Source: Octopus sinensis | Lineage: Eukaryota | Assembly (NCBI RefSeq): GCF_006345805.1 | Contig: NC_043005.1 | Span: 97,526,001-97,590,000, forward strand | DNA length: 64,000 nt | Reading direction: 5' to 3' | Part shown: positions 61,488-64,000 of the stretch, in pieces | How the letters are laid out: the number at the start of each line of letters is the position of its first letter | Numbering within the stretch: position 1 is the stretch's first letter | Program-made: the position numbers and the translations under genes | Notes under the pieces: generated by a model | What the model saw: only the letters and a program-made list of their open reading frames with translations | The model's database searches: none | Told to the model about the DNA's origin: nothing

Positions 61488-64000
61488 CTAAAGACAGAAA
61501 ACAGCAAAATTTATAAAGAAAATTAAAAAAAATTAAGCAAGAAAGACCTCACCACCACCACCATCATTTCAGAAGAAAAAGCTATTTCGGAAATAAAATA
61601 AATATCAGAATGTCTACAGAATGTTTGGAGCATGAGAAATTTGTTTTAATTTGATAAGTGTGTCACTAAATAGACAATGGAGCTCATATTGAACAGATTT
61701 TTAAATATATCTAGTGAGCAAGCGATAGCAACACCATTCCTATAGCATGGTGCGAAAAGCCAGATCAATATTTCCATTCAACTTTCTACACTCCAATACA
61801 AAAGAAAGCAAGAACATCATTAATAACGAGACTAACAATTCTATAGTAATAAATGTCGTTCTTGGACTGGATTCACTATTATACAGATTTAAGTCACCTG
61901 ATCAACATTTGCATTTTATTTCTATACTAAATAACATTGCATTTCAATAAAGAAAGAAAGAGGGTGGGGGGAACCCCAAAATTTCCATAAGAAATTCCAC
62001 TGAAATGTTAAGTGTTTTAAAATAAAATTCATTAAACTACCACATGACCCTCTCACTTTCAACGAATGTCTGCATACATACTACAACCAGGACTTTGCAT
62101 CATTTAACTAGGAGAGAGAGAGAGAGAGAGAGAGAAACAAGTATGGTTCTACAATGCCAAATGCTACATTCATCTGTTGCTCTATTAGACATGCAAGGTT
62201 TATGAAAGACCTGTTTTACATGGAAAGATACCTTTGCCAAAAACTCAAGAAAACAACACCAAAAAACACACAACACAGTTAAGTTCCCTCTGGTGTGCGA
62301 CTTCCTTTACTGCTGCTGTAACAGACCAACAGGGACAGTTGGAATTTATGACCTTCACATGAACAGCTTATGCTAATTCCTATATATTTAATATACATCC
62401 TCATGTTGGTGGCTGCGAAGAAGAAGAAGAAGCAAGCAGTAGATGAAGAAAAAGAACAAAATGAGAAAGAAGAAGAAAGGAAAAAAAGAATCAAAATCAA
62501 AATCAGAAGAAAACACTAGTAGACAGCTGCCAGTTAATGTAGAGTAGCACTGATATTGATCAATTCCATGAGGTAGAAAGAACAAATTATATTACATTAA
62601 AAAAAAGAAAAAGTGTTTCCAGTCAGTAAAGAGAAAATATTGTAGATTGTTATTAAACACACACACACACACACATTGCAGTAAAACTTCCCGATGTCTG
62701 TTATGTTTATTGCCTTACAGTCATTACTTTCCTTGAGTCAACAACAAGGGAACTGCTATGTCGTCACTCAACAGTCTAGAAATAACAGCCAATTTTTCCT
62801 CAAATCACATCTGACCATCTTAAGAAAAGAAAAGATTCTTTTCACAAAGACTCCCAAGAGATTCATGAAGCCAGAATGGCTTCTGCCTGAACACCTTTTG
62901 TTACAAGATCGATTATTTTCTCAAGAACAATTATATTCAAAATATAAATATTAAGGATCTCTCTTTATAAGCGATGATGCTCAGCTAAGCATATTTTCTA
63001 CAAGTGCTGTTTTCCTGATTTTTGAGTCCAACTGACACTGAGGGGTTATAGCTGAGCTAGACAATAGTATCAGAATGCTGACCTTATAGGTCAATGTTTT
63101 ATATCATAGTATTGACAATGTATTGTCAGTTTCTTCACCGACCACTAAGATGGCTTTGTCTCAAGGCTACCACCAGAGTATTTAGCATCTCAAACCCTAT
63201 AGTGGATAGCTTCCACTTCTCCATTAATTTTTCCCCTACATTTACCTATCCAAATTACACCAGCTGGAAAATGCAGTTTCAAAACAAGAAATCTATTGTT
63301 TTATGATCATTTAAGTCACCAGCGAAATTTGTTACTGGGCAAAATTTGAAATATTTCCCACTATATCAATGCGGGAGGTCATAACACCACATGATCTTGT
63401 TGAGCCTACCTCCACCCATTCATATCTTCTGATCTTCTTCGTTCTGGGAACATCCTCTTTTGCTTTCTTTATTACTAAGATTTAGTGTTTTTAATTGGAG
63501 AAAGAAATTTCGTGTCAGCTCCAATCTTAGCAGATTTCAGACAAATGACTAGCCTATCCAGTGCATAATGCCAATCCCACTTTGTTGTCCTGTAAAGATA
63601 CACTATTTTTATCACTTTATATTTGTAAGCAACCGGAGTTATATATCCAACAAACACTTCATTGGGCTGTAGTGTCAAGATTTAATTTTCCTGTGAATAT
63701 CAAAAGAATACACTCAACTCTGCCGTAAAAGTAGTGGCGGTGGTGGTGCTGCTGCTGTTGTTGTTAAGCAACAAGACGGGTAAGGGTGATTAGGTGATCG
63801 TCTAGGGCTTAGGGGCAGGAGACCCCAGACCTTAGGAAAAAAACAACTTTGGTCGTCTTGTTGTAGTCGAGGGCTCTTCGTTGACGCCCGACACCACTGG
63901 GAGGTGGCCCTCGAAGTCGCTGGAAATGGAGATCTCCAGGTCCAAATTCTTGAACGGTTGCTGCTGCTGCTGTAACCAAATGGGATATGAAGTTCCCCTT

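Noticed and set aside
62403-62519. K/E-rich short ORF
   Set aside because: GAA-type low-complexity tract

Overview
AT-rich, repeat-dense eukaryotic DNA, most likely an octopus (coleoid cephalopod); this is inferred from the SINE families, not shown directly. Two intron-rich genes lie tail-to-tail, and the 5' exons of both are outside the window. The first is a PX-BAR sorting nexin of the SNX7/SNX30 type on + (9 coding exons, 6061-26745). The second is DCAF15, a CRL4 substrate receptor, on - (9 coding exons, 61487 down to 38985). All exons were traced by hand, have GT-AG boundaries and join in frame. The remainder is tRNA-derived SINEs, a (GAT)n-tailed repeat, RTE/CR1/R4-Dong LINE relics, mariner relics with a derived MITE, piggyBac-type MITEs, a 40-bp minisatellite, microsatellites and one 100-N gap. 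Five observations stand out. (1) A ~430-aa Cys/His/Pro-rich insertion in one giant DCAF15 exon. (2) A possible frame-preserving cassette exon inside the DCAF15 zinc site. (3) A symmetric SNX exon carrying an SNX4-like BAR-tip segment. (4) Two tandem hammerhead-ribozyme-like motifs between the genes. (5) A GC3-biased reading frame running off the right edge. Comparisons with human proteins are from memory and need alignment. Repeat boundaries are approximate.
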